64,000 bases of DNA from NCBI GenBank assembly GCA_963663225.1, contig OY760142.1, positions 2,112,001 through 2,176,000 of the forward strand, in the 5' to 3' direction. Below, one piece after another: positions 10,540-20,590 of the stretch (positions are counted from its first letter, which is position 1; every line of letters begins with the position of its first letter). The notes under the pieces are model-generated. The model ran no database searches. It saw only the letters and a program-made list of their open reading frames with translations, and was not told the origin of the DNA. Source of the stretch: Nitrospirota bacterium (lineage in GTDB: Bacteria; Nitrospirota; UBA9217). Made by a program: the position numbers and the translations under genes.

Positions 10540-11109
10540 TTAATAAATTCTGATCAGGCTCAGAAGCCGTTCTTTAAATAATTCCGCAAGAATCTGCAGG
10601 TTTTGCTGACTCAGAAATTCATGCGCGTTGTGTGAAAACAGAATCCATGCTTCGGCCGGAAAATCTGATGTTTCCTGGCAGAACTCCGCATGCAGATATA
10701 TCTTCGGCAGGAGCCGCACGTTTATTGCCATGTCGCACCGGCTGATGCCTCCTGAGATTTCTGCATCCAGCATAGGCAGAAGCGTGCCTGCACGGGATAT
10801 GATTTCCGGCGTGTACGGCGCAATCGGCAACTCCACTTTTTTTCTGAATTCAGACGGAGTCTGAAATCCTAAAGTTCCGACTGCACGCCAGGGAGTGATC
10901 TCCAGTTCCGTCCCGGATGAAAATAAGTAGTCAAGAATCACCCCAGCATGATTTTCCGGTGCCTGTTGTCCATGGAGAACGATATTGGTATGGGTAATCA
11001 GGTAATCCTGACCGAGCATGGCAAGAAGGATAACATCTTCCTTTCTATCATATCGTGCAGCCGTTCGTTCCGCAATTTCAGGGAACGAGGCAAACTCCAA
11101 GGTTTTCAC
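10540..11109 (-). CDS. Hypothetical protein, DUF3786-like
   Basis: 189-aa ORF in the pyrF direction; 'LLPKIYL...DFPAEAWILF' resembles the DUF3786 C-terminus. Confidence 0.5.
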   Translation of the reverse strand: MKTLEFASFPEIAERTAARYDRKEDVILLAMLGQDYLITHTNIVLHGQQAPENHAGVILDYLFSSGTELEITPWRAVGTLGFQTPSEFRKKVELPIAPYTPEIISRAGTLLPMLDAEISGGISRCDMAINVRLLPKIYLHAEFCQETSDFPAEAWILFSHNAHEFLSQQNLQILAELFKERLLSLIRIY

Positions 11110-11234
11110 GAAACACTCCGGTCATGTCAACGTATACTGTAAAAGAATTATATAAGTACGTGCGGGAAAGGACAAGAGAAAAAGCAAATCAAGCTTGCAG
11201 TCCGCGCGAAAAGCCATGTATAGCATGGGTGTTG

Positions 11235-11720
11235 CTATGCCTGTTGTTTTATTTTTTGGATTATCTCCGTCAGGAGTTCCTGCATGTTGATTTGGAGCTG
11301 GATAACATCCGGCGGCAGATGTTTCTCAAAGCGGTATTCTCCGTCACTCCACAAAAAAAGACTGTAAATAATATCCCGCACCTGCATTTTGAGGCCGGTA
11401 AAAAGATCTTTGGGAGTGACAAAACCGTTTTCCACAAGAATGGCTCCCAATTTTTTAAGACCGGCGCTTTTTTTAAGCAACTGTACGGCGTGTTCAAGGT
11501 TTCCAATGCTGAGTTTGTTGCTTTTAACTAGAACTTCACCAAGTCTGTCGTTGGAATCCGTTGACGCGGCAAAGACTATTTTACCGGATTTCATGTAGAT
11601 GGACTTTACTGTATCGCCATTGCGGATTGTCAACGTCCCCGTTGCCTGACCTTGGCGCAGTTCCTCCAAGATAATGGGCAGCGGAACGGTTTGAATGTCT
11701 CCAGAAAGAGGAATAGGCAT
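11235..11720 (-). CDS. DUF4388 (PatA-N) protein with MshEN-like insert
   Basis: LSGDI...TGTLTI...GKIVFA...LFLWSDGEYRF DUF4388 pattern; RLGEVLV and KLGAILVENG repeats. Confidence 0.8.
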   Translation of the reverse strand: MPIPLSGDIQTVPLPIILEELRQGQATGTLTIRNGDTVKSIYMKSGKIVFAASTDSNDRLGEVLVKSNKLSIGNLEHAVQLLKKSAGLKKLGAILVENGFVTPKDLFTGLKMQVRDIIYSLFLWSDGEYRFEKHLPPDVIQLQINMQELLTEIIQKIKQQA

Positions 11721-11809
11721 AAAAAAAATTATCGTATCACAGTATGGTAAACGATATGTGCTGGTTAAAGATGGTTATTTACACGTTTTCGTAAATCTGA
11801 AGAGGCAAT

Positions 11810-12436
11810 TTAAAATTCGAATCGGATTCCCGTTCCGCCTACCGTGGTTCTCCCTGTTTTTACTTCAAGCATGGCCATGAATTTCTGTGTTATTTTCCAT
11901 TCGAGGCCGGCAAAAACGTTTATATTCGTCTGGTCATCAGAAAGGAAGGAACCAAAGAGTGAAGATACTTGGAGCCCTCCGTACGGGGTGAATTTATAAC
12001 CTCTTTCCGTGAGGAGGAAACTTTTGCTGAAAATGGTGGAGAACTTTATTTCGCTTACATTTCTTCTGCTGATAATTAGTGAATCAAAGCCTAAATCCGC
12101 CGCCAGGGCCAGTGGAATCCCGGGTGTTTCTTTAATTAATTGATATTTCAGATCCACACCGGCAAGGGCTCCGACTTTATCGTCCGGCCGGACATTGGTG
12201 ACTGCACCGAATTTTGCTCCTACTTCGAACAGCGCCCCGAGTCCATGGCGGACTGCCGGGTAAAAACTGTTATACTGCCTGTCCAGGGAGAAAAAAACGC
12301 CAACCTGGGTCATGCCCTGGTCGAGGCTCTGCGCGGTTATAAATTCATTCTGGGTGATCGAAAATGCGTCTGCCGGTCCGGTGAATACACACAGGGAGAT
12401 GGAGGCAATAAAAAGAAACAGGCAAAGTTTTTTCAT
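11810..12436 (-). CDS. Putative outer-membrane beta-barrel protein
   Basis: Signal peptide (ADA), amphipathic beta pattern, C-terminal GIRFEF. Confidence 0.65.
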   Translation of the reverse strand: MKKLCLFLFIASISLCVFTGPADAFSITQNEFITAQSLDQGMTQVGVFFSLDRQYNSFYPAVRHGLGALFEVGAKFGAVTNVRPDDKVGALAGVDLKYQLIKETPGIPLALAADLGFDSLIISRRNVSEIKFSTIFSKSFLLTERGYKFTPYGGLQVSSLFGSFLSDDQTNINVFAGLEWKITQKFMAMLEVKTGRTTVGGTGIRFEF

Positions 12437-12550
12437 CGTGAGGACCTCCTTTTAAACATATCAAAAAAAATATAGCATCAAACTGAAAAATTGACAAGAA
12501 AAAAAGGTGAAATGGCTGAAGTGGAGATGGATAAGACGAAAAAAGCAGGA

Positions 12551-12756
12551 TGTTCAGAAGTCATCCTGCCAGATATTGCTGATATGCAGTAGTCATGATA
12601 GGAGAAAGGACCATGATTCAGCAGCAGTATATCATAAATAGAAAGCTCAACATCCAGGACTTAGGCAAAACACTCGGTAATATCAGATAGGCCAAAGGAT
12701 CTTGACTACTCCATTCAGTAATAAATCGGAACACGATGCACGTTCTTGGCTGAACA
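12551..12756 (+). pseudogene. Possible IS481-family remnant
   Basis: RBS plus 25-aa ORF 12613..12690 (MIQQQYIINRKLNIQDLGKTLGNIR*) resembling IS481 transposase N-termini; flanked by TGTTCAG / CTGAACA inverted ends. Confidence 0.4.
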
Positions 12757-12783
12757 AGATGTGTATCTAGGCAAAGGCGCTGC

Positions 12784-13320
12784 TCATCCATCCTTGTTCA
12801 ATTCTACGTTCCAGTAGAGGTAGTCATGCCAGCTCAGCGGAGCATTTTTTATTCCGATGGTAAGGGTGACCACCGGCATCCACCGCGGCTTTAACGGTTG
12901 TCTGATCAGACGCATGCGCGCTTCCTGCGGTGTCCGTCCTCCTTTCCTGTTATTGCAGGCAAGACAGGCGGTAACGATGTTTTCCCATGTCGCTTCCCCT
13001 CCCTGAACCTGCGGCAGAACGTGGTCGAACGTGAGATCCTCGGCCGGATATTTGATGCCGCAGTATTGACAGGTATATTTATCCCGCTGGTAGATATTGG
13101 CCCGTGAGAAGCGGACTTCTCTTTTCGCGCGTTTGATCTTTACGAGTTTCAGCAGACGAAGAATGGAGGGTAGCTTGAAGGTGATGGACACACCCCGGAT
13201 GTCCCGGTCATACGAGTCAATTACTTCTACTTTGCCCTGGGTGAGCAGGGTAATCGCCCGTTGCCATGAAATGATCTTTAACGGTTCAAATGTTGCGTTC
13301 AGAAGGAGCGTTCGTTCCAT
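12784..13320 (-). CDS. HNH endonuclease (McrA-like standalone family)
   Basis: TLLLNATFEPL N-terminus, RD..CQYCG, TFDHVLP..GG..WENIVTACLACNNRKG. Confidence 0.9.
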   Translation of the reverse strand: MERTLLLNATFEPLKIISWQRAITLLTQGKVEVIDSYDRDIRGVSITFKLPSILRLLKLVKIKRAKREVRFSRANIYQRDKYTCQYCGIKYPAEDLTFDHVLPQVQGGEATWENIVTACLACNNRKGGRTPQEARMRLIRQPLKPRWMPVVTLTIGIKNAPLSWHDYLYWNVELNKDG

Positions 13321-13424
13321 TGCAACCTCGAGGCAAAAGAAAAACAGCTCTTGGTGTTCCGAAGACCATGGGTGCGCTCAGTTTGTGTAATGCTTAATTA
13401 TCAAAATACAAAAAACAGTATGAT

Positions 13425-13453
13425 TTGTCAATAGGTTTGAAAAACCGTATAAT
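13425..13453 (+). promoter_or_regulatory. Sigma70 promoter, probably giving a leaderless mRNA
   Basis: TTGTCA-17 nt-TATAAT ending 5 nt before ATG 13459; no Shine-Dalgarno. Confidence 0.6.
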
Positions 13454-13458
13454 ACGCC

Positions 13459-14325
13459 ATGGCTGATTCCGAAGAAAGACGGATCGAACAGGCACGATCG
13501 GCCCGCAGGGAAGGGATTGCCGAATTCCTTCACGATATCTCTCCGGCTGTCATCAGGGTATTGATCCAAAATAGACACCTGTCAGAAGATGATATTCTTG
13601 TCATCGCAAGCAGAAAAAATCTGCCGGGCGACATTTTTGAATCGATTGCCAAAGACCCGCGATGGATTGAAAATTATCCGATTCGGCTGGCGATCGCCAA
13701 AAACCCCAAAACCCCGCTTTCTACCTCACTGACGATTGCGCGGTACCTCCGCCTGTTCGATCTTGCTGAATTAACGCGCAACCGCTTCCTCCCTCTTGTT
13801 TTCCGGCATAAGATTGAGTCCATTATTATGGAAAAAATCCCTTCTATGGCGCTTGGCGTCAAGAAGACACTTTCCAAAATCGTGTCCGGAGAAGTGCTTC
13901 TCAGGCTTATTCAGGAAGGTTATCCCGATGTGGTCAAACTCTGTCTCGACAGCCCTTATCTTCAGGAATCCCAGCTTTATAAGGCAATCAGCCGGCACAG
14001 TACGAAGCCGGGAACCATCAAGGCGATAGCTGAGCACCCAAACTGGTCAAGCCGCTCCCTTATCAAACGTGCTCTCATTCATAATGAACATACACCGCTT
14101 TCGCTCTCTGTCAGATTTCTCGGTGTGTTGAAAGTTGGAGATCTGCGTGAAGTCTATGCCGATCCGTCTGTTCCGGTGACCATCAAGCCATTTATTTACC
14201 GGGAGCTTTGGGAGCGGGGCGAGGAACCGAATAAGCCAGGAGAAGAACGGATATACGAAGTCAATGAGGAAGACGAACAGGCACTCGAAGAGTTCAATGG
14301 TACGCTGGAGAGTCCGGACAAATAA
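13459..14325 (+). CDS. Hypothetical alpha-helical repeat (LRV/HEAT-like) protein
   Basis: Repeated 'W...Y.IRLAIAKNPKTP' / 'IKRALIHNEHTP' units. Confidence 0.65.
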   Translation: MADSEERRIEQARSARREGIAEFLHDISPAVIRVLIQNRHLSEDDILVIASRKNLPGDIFESIAKDPRWIENYPIRLAIAKNPKTPLSTSLTIARYLRLFDLAELTRNRFLPLVFRHKIESIIMEKIPSMALGVKKTLSKIVSGEVLLRLIQEGYPDVVKLCLDSPYLQESQLYKAISRHSTKPGTIKAIAEHPNWSSRSLIKRALIHNEHTPLSLSVRFLGVLKVGDLREVYADPSVPVTIKPFIYRELWERGEEPNKPGEERIYEVNEEDEQALEEFNGTLESPDK

Positions 14326-14351
14326 CTGATAAAATTGCTTTGCAGTTCGTG

Positions 14352-17192
14352 CTATTTCTTTTTGGATGTACAACGGTCCACAAGATACGCAATCGACTGG
14401 TAGCTGATGCCGCTGTGGACGGAGAGGCCGATTTCGCACGTCCTGTTGTTTGAATAGCCTCCTGCAGTAAACGGCGGCAGTGACGGTTTCAGGTCCGCAA
14501 GGGCGCTCGCGTTGAGCTCCGGATAGTTGAAACCCCGGTCACCTGCAAACCCGCAGCATCCGACCCGGGCAGGGATGACCACGGTATCGGCACATGCCTG
14601 CCCGAGGATTTTAAACTTTTCCAATTGCCCCATTTTGAGTGAAGAGCAGGGGACATGCAGCGCGATCGTTTCGTGCTGCTTCACGAAGTCCAGCTTATCC
14701 ATCAGAAAAGTCACAATAAACTCCACAGGTTCATACAATGTTGTGGCCGGATGGAATGTACGACGCATGCGGTAGAGGCATGTACTGGTGTCGCAGAGGA
14801 TGGGATATTTCCCTCCCTCGTTTGCTTCAAGAAGCGCCTGTTCGAGTTCTGTACTTTTCCGGTCTGCCTGTTCGAAGAACCCTTTGCTTTCAAAAGGGGT
14901 CCCGCAGCAAAGGTTCTCAATGTTTTTCGGAAAAATGACGTCAAAACCGGCCTTGTCAAGAACAGAAAGCATTGCTTCATAGACTGCCCGCGGGTCGGTA
15001 TCTTTTTGTGCTGGGCCCATGGTTCGGGCAATGCAACTTGGGAAATAGACCACTTTATTCGGTGATCCCTTGCGAACTGTTTCGAATGATCGCTTCGGCG
15101 CTCCGGTCGGCATCCAGCTGGTCCAGAGCGGAATTCTGTTGCCGGACAGCACGCGTACAGCCGACGCGATTCCCCCCATGAGTGTTGTCCCGAGAATAGT
15201 GTGTATCGCGTGCGTTGCCTTCAGTCCGGACCGCAGCATACCGACGACCAAGGCGTAATGATCCGCAACCCGGCGGGCAATGCTTTTGCTCAGCGAGGTG
15301 TTTTGCTCAGATCGAAGAAACTCCGTAAAGTCACCGGTGTTGATCTCCACCGGGCAGGCCGTGGCGCACATGCCGTCAGCAGCGCAAGTTTGTTCGCCCA
15401 GATAGGAATACAGCTGCTTCAGCTCTGCAAGACGCTCGGGATCTTCGTGAGAAGCGGTCAACCGGGATATTTCACGGGACACGGTAATGCGCTGGCGCGG
15501 CGTGGTGGAAAGATTGCGCGACGGACAGTGCGGCTCGCAGAAGCCGCATTCGATGCATTTGTCCACCAGTTCATGGGTGGCCGGCAACGGTTTTAAGTTT
15601 TCAATATACGCCCGTGGATTGTCATTGATGACGGCGCCCGGATTCAGGAGATTATGGGGATCGAATGCTTTTTTAATGCGTTTCATCAACTCATACGCTT
15701 TGCTGCCCCACTCGAATTCCACAAACGGGGCCATGTTGCGTCCGGTGCCGTGCTCGGCTTTGAGCGATCCGTCATATTTTTTGACAACCATGTGGTTGAC
15801 TTCTTCCATGAACTTTCGGTAGCGTTCAACCTCTTCCGGAGAACTGAAATCCGGAGTCAGGATAAAATGCAGGTTGCCTTCGAGCGCGTGGCCGAAAATA
15901 ATGCCTTCTTTATATTTGTACTTTTGCATGATACCTTGCAGCTCAATGGTTCCCTTTGCGAGAGAATCGATCGGAAAGGCAATATCCTCGAGAATCAAGG
16001 CCGTCCCGAGCTTGTGTGCCGCACCCGCAGACGGGATGAGGCCTTTCCGGATGTTCCACAATTGGTCATATTCCCGGCTCACATCCGTGAAGACGATGGG
16101 GAATTTGGTCTGAACCGGCTGCAGCGCGTTTATAATGCGGTCTATTTGCAGGCCAAGTGAGTTTTTGTCACCCGCCCGCGTTTCCACCAGCAGTGCGGCT
16201 GTGCCAGGATCAAGTGTTTTTAAATATGCAGGAACACCTTCCTTGTCGGCCACGGATATCAACGAGGCATAGTCCATGAGCTCCACTGCGTATGCCAGGC
16301 CGCTCTTGCGAAGAATGATGGTTCCGGTGCAGGCCGACTCCACGCTGGGGAAGATAATAAGACTGCTTGCCTTATAGGGGTGCTCGATGACCGTCTTCAG
16401 GGTCAGTCCTGCGATAAAAGCGAGCGTGCCTTCCGATCCTATCACCAGATGCATTATAATGTCGATGGGGTTGCTGAAATCGACGAAGGCGTTCATGCTG
16501 TAGCCGGTTGTGTTCTTGATTTTATATTTATCGATAATGCGCTGACGAAGTTGAGGATCAGCCTGTATTTCATCACGAATGCATTCGATTTCCTGCACCA
16601 AATCTTTATGGGTTTCGAGAAATGCCGAGCAAGAGGAGGGGGCCGCCGTATCAAGCATGCTGCCGTCGGAGAACAGCATTTTTATATGCTCCACTGTTTT
16701 ATAGGCGGTTTGCGCCGTTCCGCAGCACATGCCGCTGGAGTTGTTTGCTGCAATGCCGCCGATCATGCAGGCATTGATCGAGGAAGGGTCGGGTCCGATT
16801 TTTCTGCCGAAGGGCTGAAGCAGTGCATTTGCTTCAGCGCCGATGATGCCGGGTTCAAGCGCGATTTTCTCGCCATGCTCAAGAATCCGGTAGTCTCGCC
16901 ATGCTCCTGCGAGGACTAAAAGCACCGAATCGGAGACCGCTTGCCCGGACAGGCTGGTTCCGGCGGTACGGAAGGTTACCGGCACGCGCAGCTTGTTTGC
17001 GATGCCCAAAATCCTCAATACTTCATCTATAGTCAGGACTCTAACTACTATTTTAGGGATGAGGCGATAAAAGCTGGCATTGGTCCCGAACGCAAGAGTG
17101 CGCAAAGGGTCGGTAAAACATCGTGAAGCGGGGATAAAGGATGCCAGTTCCTTGTGGAATTGCTGATACGTCCCGTCGAGACGATTGTGCAT
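14352..17192 (-). CDS. FAD/Fe-S D-lactate dehydrogenase (Dld-II/YdiJ-like)
   Basis: ASFYRLIP, GTSLSGQ, IGPDP, ANNSSGMCCG, SLKAEHGTGRN, CIECGFCE..CP and CCG domains. Confidence 0.88.
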   Translation of the reverse strand: MHNRLDGTYQQFHKELASFIPASRCFTDPLRTLAFGTNASFYRLIPKIVVRVLTIDEVLRILGIANKLRVPVTFRTAGTSLSGQAVSDSVLLVLAGAWRDYRILEHGEKIALEPGIIGAEANALLQPFGRKIGPDPSSINACMIGGIAANNSSGMCCGTAQTAYKTVEHIKMLFSDGSMLDTAAPSSCSAFLETHKDLVQEIECIRDEIQADPQLRQRIIDKYKIKNTTGYSMNAFVDFSNPIDIIMHLVIGSEGTLAFIAGLTLKTVIEHPYKASSLIIFPSVESACTGTIILRKSGLAYAVELMDYASLISVADKEGVPAYLKTLDPGTAALLVETRAGDKNSLGLQIDRIINALQPVQTKFPIVFTDVSREYDQLWNIRKGLIPSAGAAHKLGTALILEDIAFPIDSLAKGTIELQGIMQKYKYKEGIIFGHALEGNLHFILTPDFSSPEEVERYRKFMEEVNHMVVKKYDGSLKAEHGTGRNMAPFVEFEWGSKAYELMKRIKKAFDPHNLLNPGAVINDNPRAYIENLKPLPATHELVDKCIECGFCEPHCPSRNLSTTPRQRITVSREISRLTASHEDPERLAELKQLYSYLGEQTCAADGMCATACPVEINTGDFTEFLRSEQNTSLSKSIARRVADHYALVVGMLRSGLKATHAIHTILGTTLMGGIASAVRVLSGNRIPLWTSWMPTGAPKRSFETVRKGSPNKVVYFPSCIARTMGPAQKDTDPRAVYEAMLSVLDKAGFDVIFPKNIENLCCGTPFESKGFFEQADRKSTELEQALLEANEGGKYPILCDTSTCLYRMRRTFHPATTLYEPVEFIVTFLMDKLDFVKQHETIALHVPCSSLKMGQLEKFKILGQACADTVVIPARVGCCGFAGDRGFNYPELNASALADLKPSLPPFTAGGYSNNRTCEIGLSVHSGISYQSIAYLVDRCTSKKK

Positions 17193-17385
17193 ATGTTCAC
17201 CTCGCCCGATATTCCTGCGTTGCACGCTGTGCAGTTGCCTTCAGGAACACGATAAAAATCCTGTTCTGAACATATCATTGAATATCGTCCCAAGTATAGC
17301 ATGTTCTGAAAAAAATGACGGGAATCGCTGAGGACGAGCAGTGGTCAGTAGCTCAAGAAGGGAGATTTACAGAGAAGGGGGAACA

Positions 17386-18537
17386 CTACTTTATCATCTT
17401 GAGAGCCCACCCTTTCCCGACGGTAATAGCGCCGCGAGGGCAGAACTCCTGGCAGCAAAAGCAACGAATACAGTCGCGATACCGTATTTCCAGTCTTTTT
17501 CCTGCCATGCTGATTGCTTCCTGGGGGCAGTGGGCCTGGCAAATGCCGCATTGGGGACATCGACCGTGATTGATTACCGGTTTCGTGGTGAAAGCTTTTT
17601 TGAGTGTGCGCCGGAGCCACTCCGGGAGAGGCCATTCAGTGTGCATTGCCTGCGGGAGACGGAAGTTCTTAATTGCCACGCGCGCAGGGGACTCACCTCG
17701 TATCATGATCTGGTCAAGATCCGTTTGTCCGACGCCTGATGCGGCAGCGGTCCGTATGACGGGCAAGCTTTTCGGATCAATTCCCGCTACCAGCGCGGAC
17801 ACCACGTCCAGGGCGACCGCGTCTTGACCGGCGAGCACAACGCCTACCAGCCTGGGGTCGCCGCTGCCTGGGCCATTTCCTTCCATGCCGATCACAGCGT
17901 CCATGATCGAAAGACGCGGCTTGAGCAGGGCGTACAGCTCTACAATCATCTGCATGAAAAAATCGTGATTTATGCCTGCATTGAAATGCCATTGTACTTT
18001 GCGCTTTCCCGGAACACAGCCGAAAAGATTCTTGACAGCGCCGGTTATCGTTGTCATCCCGTGCGTCTTGAACTTTGGCAGGTTGATGATGGCATCTGCT
18101 TCATAAGCACTTCGCGAAACTTCGAACCGTTGAAAACGACCTGTATTTTTGACGGTGATTGTTTCATCGAAATCCGCAAGCGCGGCGTTCTCTTCACGAA
18201 GTACATCCATGATCCCGGATTTTTCGCAGACTTTCTTGAGATCGCCAAAACCGGGGCTGTCTCCCACCATAACGATGCCTTCCGCTTCGCGGACAAGAGA
18301 AATGACAGCCCGTACAATTTCTGGATGCGTGGTGACTGCTTCCTCAGGGCGGTTGGCTTTCAGGAGATTCGGCTTGAGAAGCACCCGTTCCCCTGGTTTT
18401 ATGAACGCCTGCATGCCACCGAGCAGGTCCACCGCCTGCCGGACAGCAGACAGGGTTTTTTCGCGCCCATAATCAGGACATCGTACAATCGAAATTTCTG
18501 ATTGCATGCTTGCATTCTTATTTTTCTTGGCCGTCAA
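17386..18537 (-). CDS. DUF362 protein with C-terminal 2x[4Fe-4S] ferredoxin domain
   Basis: VLLKPNL, TTHPE, INLPKFKTH, GAVKNLFG, GMEGNGP; CxxCxxCxxxCP twice. Confidence 0.88.
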   Translation of the reverse strand: MTAKKNKNASMQSEISIVRCPDYGREKTLSAVRQAVDLLGGMQAFIKPGERVLLKPNLLKANRPEEAVTTHPEIVRAVISLVREAEGIVMVGDSPGFGDLKKVCEKSGIMDVLREENAALADFDETITVKNTGRFQRFEVSRSAYEADAIINLPKFKTHGMTTITGAVKNLFGCVPGKRKVQWHFNAGINHDFFMQMIVELYALLKPRLSIMDAVIGMEGNGPGSGDPRLVGVVLAGQDAVALDVVSALVAGIDPKSLPVIRTAAASGVGQTDLDQIMIRGESPARVAIKNFRLPQAMHTEWPLPEWLRRTLKKAFTTKPVINHGRCPQCGICQAHCPQEAISMAGKRLEIRYRDCIRCFCCQEFCPRGAITVGKGWALKMIK

Positions 18538-18646
18538 ACAGTTCTCCCAGTTCTTTTGATAAGTTTTTTTGCTCCGTATTGCATTTAACTTTATGCGTTC
18601 AATCGTGGCTACGAATATATTGGATCATGTGAAGGAGCAGGAGATA

Positions 18647-18889
18647 ATGCGTATACAATATGGCAACACCCTCTGTTTTTTTGAGCGGCTGCTTTGTAAA
18701 ACCGGAAGCTTTCTCGGCCCTTTCTGGGGCGCAGTTTTGATTTCTCTGAGCACCGGATTGGCGATATGGATGACCGGAGTGTTTATGAAGCAGTACAAAG
18801 CAGAAGCCACACTCGAAATCGGACACCAGGAGGAACGGATGCGCCCTGTCCGGAAAACAGAGGCCGTTTTTATGAGTTTTTTTGAATAG
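18647..18889 (+). CDS. Possible small membrane protein
   Basis: RBS AGGAG before ATG, one hydrophobic segment; overlaps the panE 3' end by 20 nt. Confidence 0.3.
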   Translation: MRIQYGNTLCFFERLLCKTGSFLGPFWGAVLISLSTGLAIWMTGVFMKQYKAEATLEIGHQEERMRPVRKTEAVFMSFFE

Positions 18890-19826
18890 CAGTATAGAGT
18901 TCCTCTGTAACAGGTGTTTTCACGCCGTATTTTTTGCCCAGCCGAAGAATTGTTTCACCGAACAAGTCTCCCTCGTTCTTCTTTCCAGCCTGTTCCAGGT
19001 CGCGCTGGTAGGAAGACTTTGATTCGTAGGGAAAGGTGAGTGCCTTGTCAAGATTTTCCTCGATAGTAGACTCGCGGAACTCCACGCCTTCAAACCGTGC
19101 TATTGCGATCAGTTCATTCATAACACCGCTGACTTTGTCCTTATATTCAGGCGTTTCCATTATCTTGCCGAAGGTCGCCCCGTACCGGCCGGTTACCAGC
19201 GCAAAAGGAGCTATAAAAAGATATTTTTTCCAGATTGCAGGAAAAGCATTATCAGTCCATTTGCAACTGATGTTTGCGTTCTTAAAGAGGTCAATAATGT
19301 TCTGGGGGACAATATCCGGATGTGCGGGATCCTTCCCGAATATAATCGTACCGACAGGCCCTTTCTGCGTGACGGTGCCTGGTTTCACAATATTCGAAAA
19401 CACGTAGACGCATGCCGGAAACACGATTCCGGCAGTCAGTATTTTCCTGATCCGCTGATGAATGTCCACACCGTTCAGCATCGGGATGATCATGGTGTCA
19501 GCTTTTACATGCGGAGCGATGGTTTTGACAGTCTCGTCGAGGTCGTAGCTTTTCACAGCGAGGAAAATAAGATCGATTGGCGGCAGCTCGTTGAAATGTT
19601 CCACTGCTCCGGTCGGTTTACATACCAGTCCCGAGCGGTCATGCGTATTCAGGATCAATCCGTTTTTCCTGATTTCCTGCAGATGCGTGCCTCTGCCGAG
19701 AAAATAAATTTCATGGTCTTTGTCATTTTGTTCAGCGATTTTGTTTGCGATGAGCCCCCCAAAATAGCCTCCGACTCCGCCGACTCCATAAACACAGATT
19801 CGTTTCAATTCCTTTTTCTCACTCAT
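18870..19826 (-). CDS. panE: 2-dehydropantoate 2-reductase (ketopantoate reductase family)
   Basis: GVGGVGG Rossmann motif, AVKSY, LNGVD, WKK, SSYQRD. Confidence 0.85.
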   Translation of the reverse strand: MSEKKELKRICVYGVGGVGGYFGGLIANKIAEQNDKDHEIYFLGRGTHLQEIRKNGLILNTHDRSGLVCKPTGAVEHFNELPPIDLIFLAVKSYDLDETVKTIAPHVKADTMIIPMLNGVDIHQRIRKILTAGIVFPACVYVFSNIVKPGTVTQKGPVGTIIFGKDPAHPDIVPQNIIDLFKNANISCKWTDNAFPAIWKKYLFIAPFALVTGRYGATFGKIMETPEYKDKVSGVMNELIAIARFEGVEFRESTIEENLDKALTFPYESKSSYQRDLEQAGKKNEGDLFGETILRLGKKYGVKTPVTEELYTAIQKNS

Positions 19827-20264
19827 GCCGTGCCTCCCCGGAAAAAACTGTGGATTTCTGAGATAGATTACCGTGGAATGAGCAAAATATCAAGTGCAAT
19901 ACGTCTCTTGTCTGGATCAATCGGTACTTCCGGATAGCCGCTCCTGCAATGACATCGCCACTCATTTTGATGTTTGCGCCGGGCATTATGGAGCGAAAAA
20001 CACAAAAAACAACTTTCCTTTGGCGGAACAAACAAATGAACAATTTCATGCTAAATTTACTTGATTTTTTCAGAAAAGGTATTATAATTTGTAAAATTCG
20101 CAGTTGTAAAGCGCTTGGTTTTTCATCAATTGATGCAAAAAGTACTTGGTGAAAACCTTTTTGCCGGTGCAGTATAAAAGTACGAAGTGCGCTTTTTTTA
20201 TATTTATCGTATCGCAAGCGCACTGTTGTTATATCCAAATCTTAGGAAGAAAGGGGGGAAAATA

Positions 20265-20441
20265 ATGAAGAAGATTTCTGCAATCATAGCAGCTCTTGCA
20301 GTTGTTGCGGTTTTTGCGTTAGTGGGTTGCCAGCAGCAGGCTCCTGCTCCAGCAACGAAGTCGGCAGTAACGTCCACCGTTACCTCGACCGCAACAGCAA
20401 CAGCACCTGCAGCAACACCGGCAGCACCCGTAAAGAAGTAA
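20265..20441 (+). CDS. Small Ala/Thr/Pro-rich lipoprotein
   Basis: RBS GGGGG, MKK + hydrophobic core + LVGC lipobox, followed by a terminator. Confidence 0.75.
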   Translation: MKKISAIIAALAVVAVFALVGCQQQAPAPATKSAVTSTVTSTATATAPAATPAAPVKK

Positions 20442-20469
20442 TTTTTTTTCTTGCAGGTCAAAACACGTA

Positions 20470-20504
20470 AGGCCCTTCGGCAGATCCGGAGGGCCTATTT
20501 TTTT
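20470..20504 (+). terminator. Rho-independent terminator
   Basis: AGGCCCTTCGG / CCGGAGGGCCT stem plus a T tract. Confidence 0.8.
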
Positions 20505-20590
20505 GTGGCAAACGAACCTAACCGGCAACGATGCTGGTTCCCTGTCCGATACACTATGCTGCTCCGCAGCAGAAGTTGCCCGCTTCAGGA

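Noticed and set aside
12784-13320. HNH protein as IscB/Cas9-like or as a defence system
   Set aside because: Only 178 aa with no PLMP or RuvC motifs; it matches the common standalone HNH family and has no defence partners adjacent
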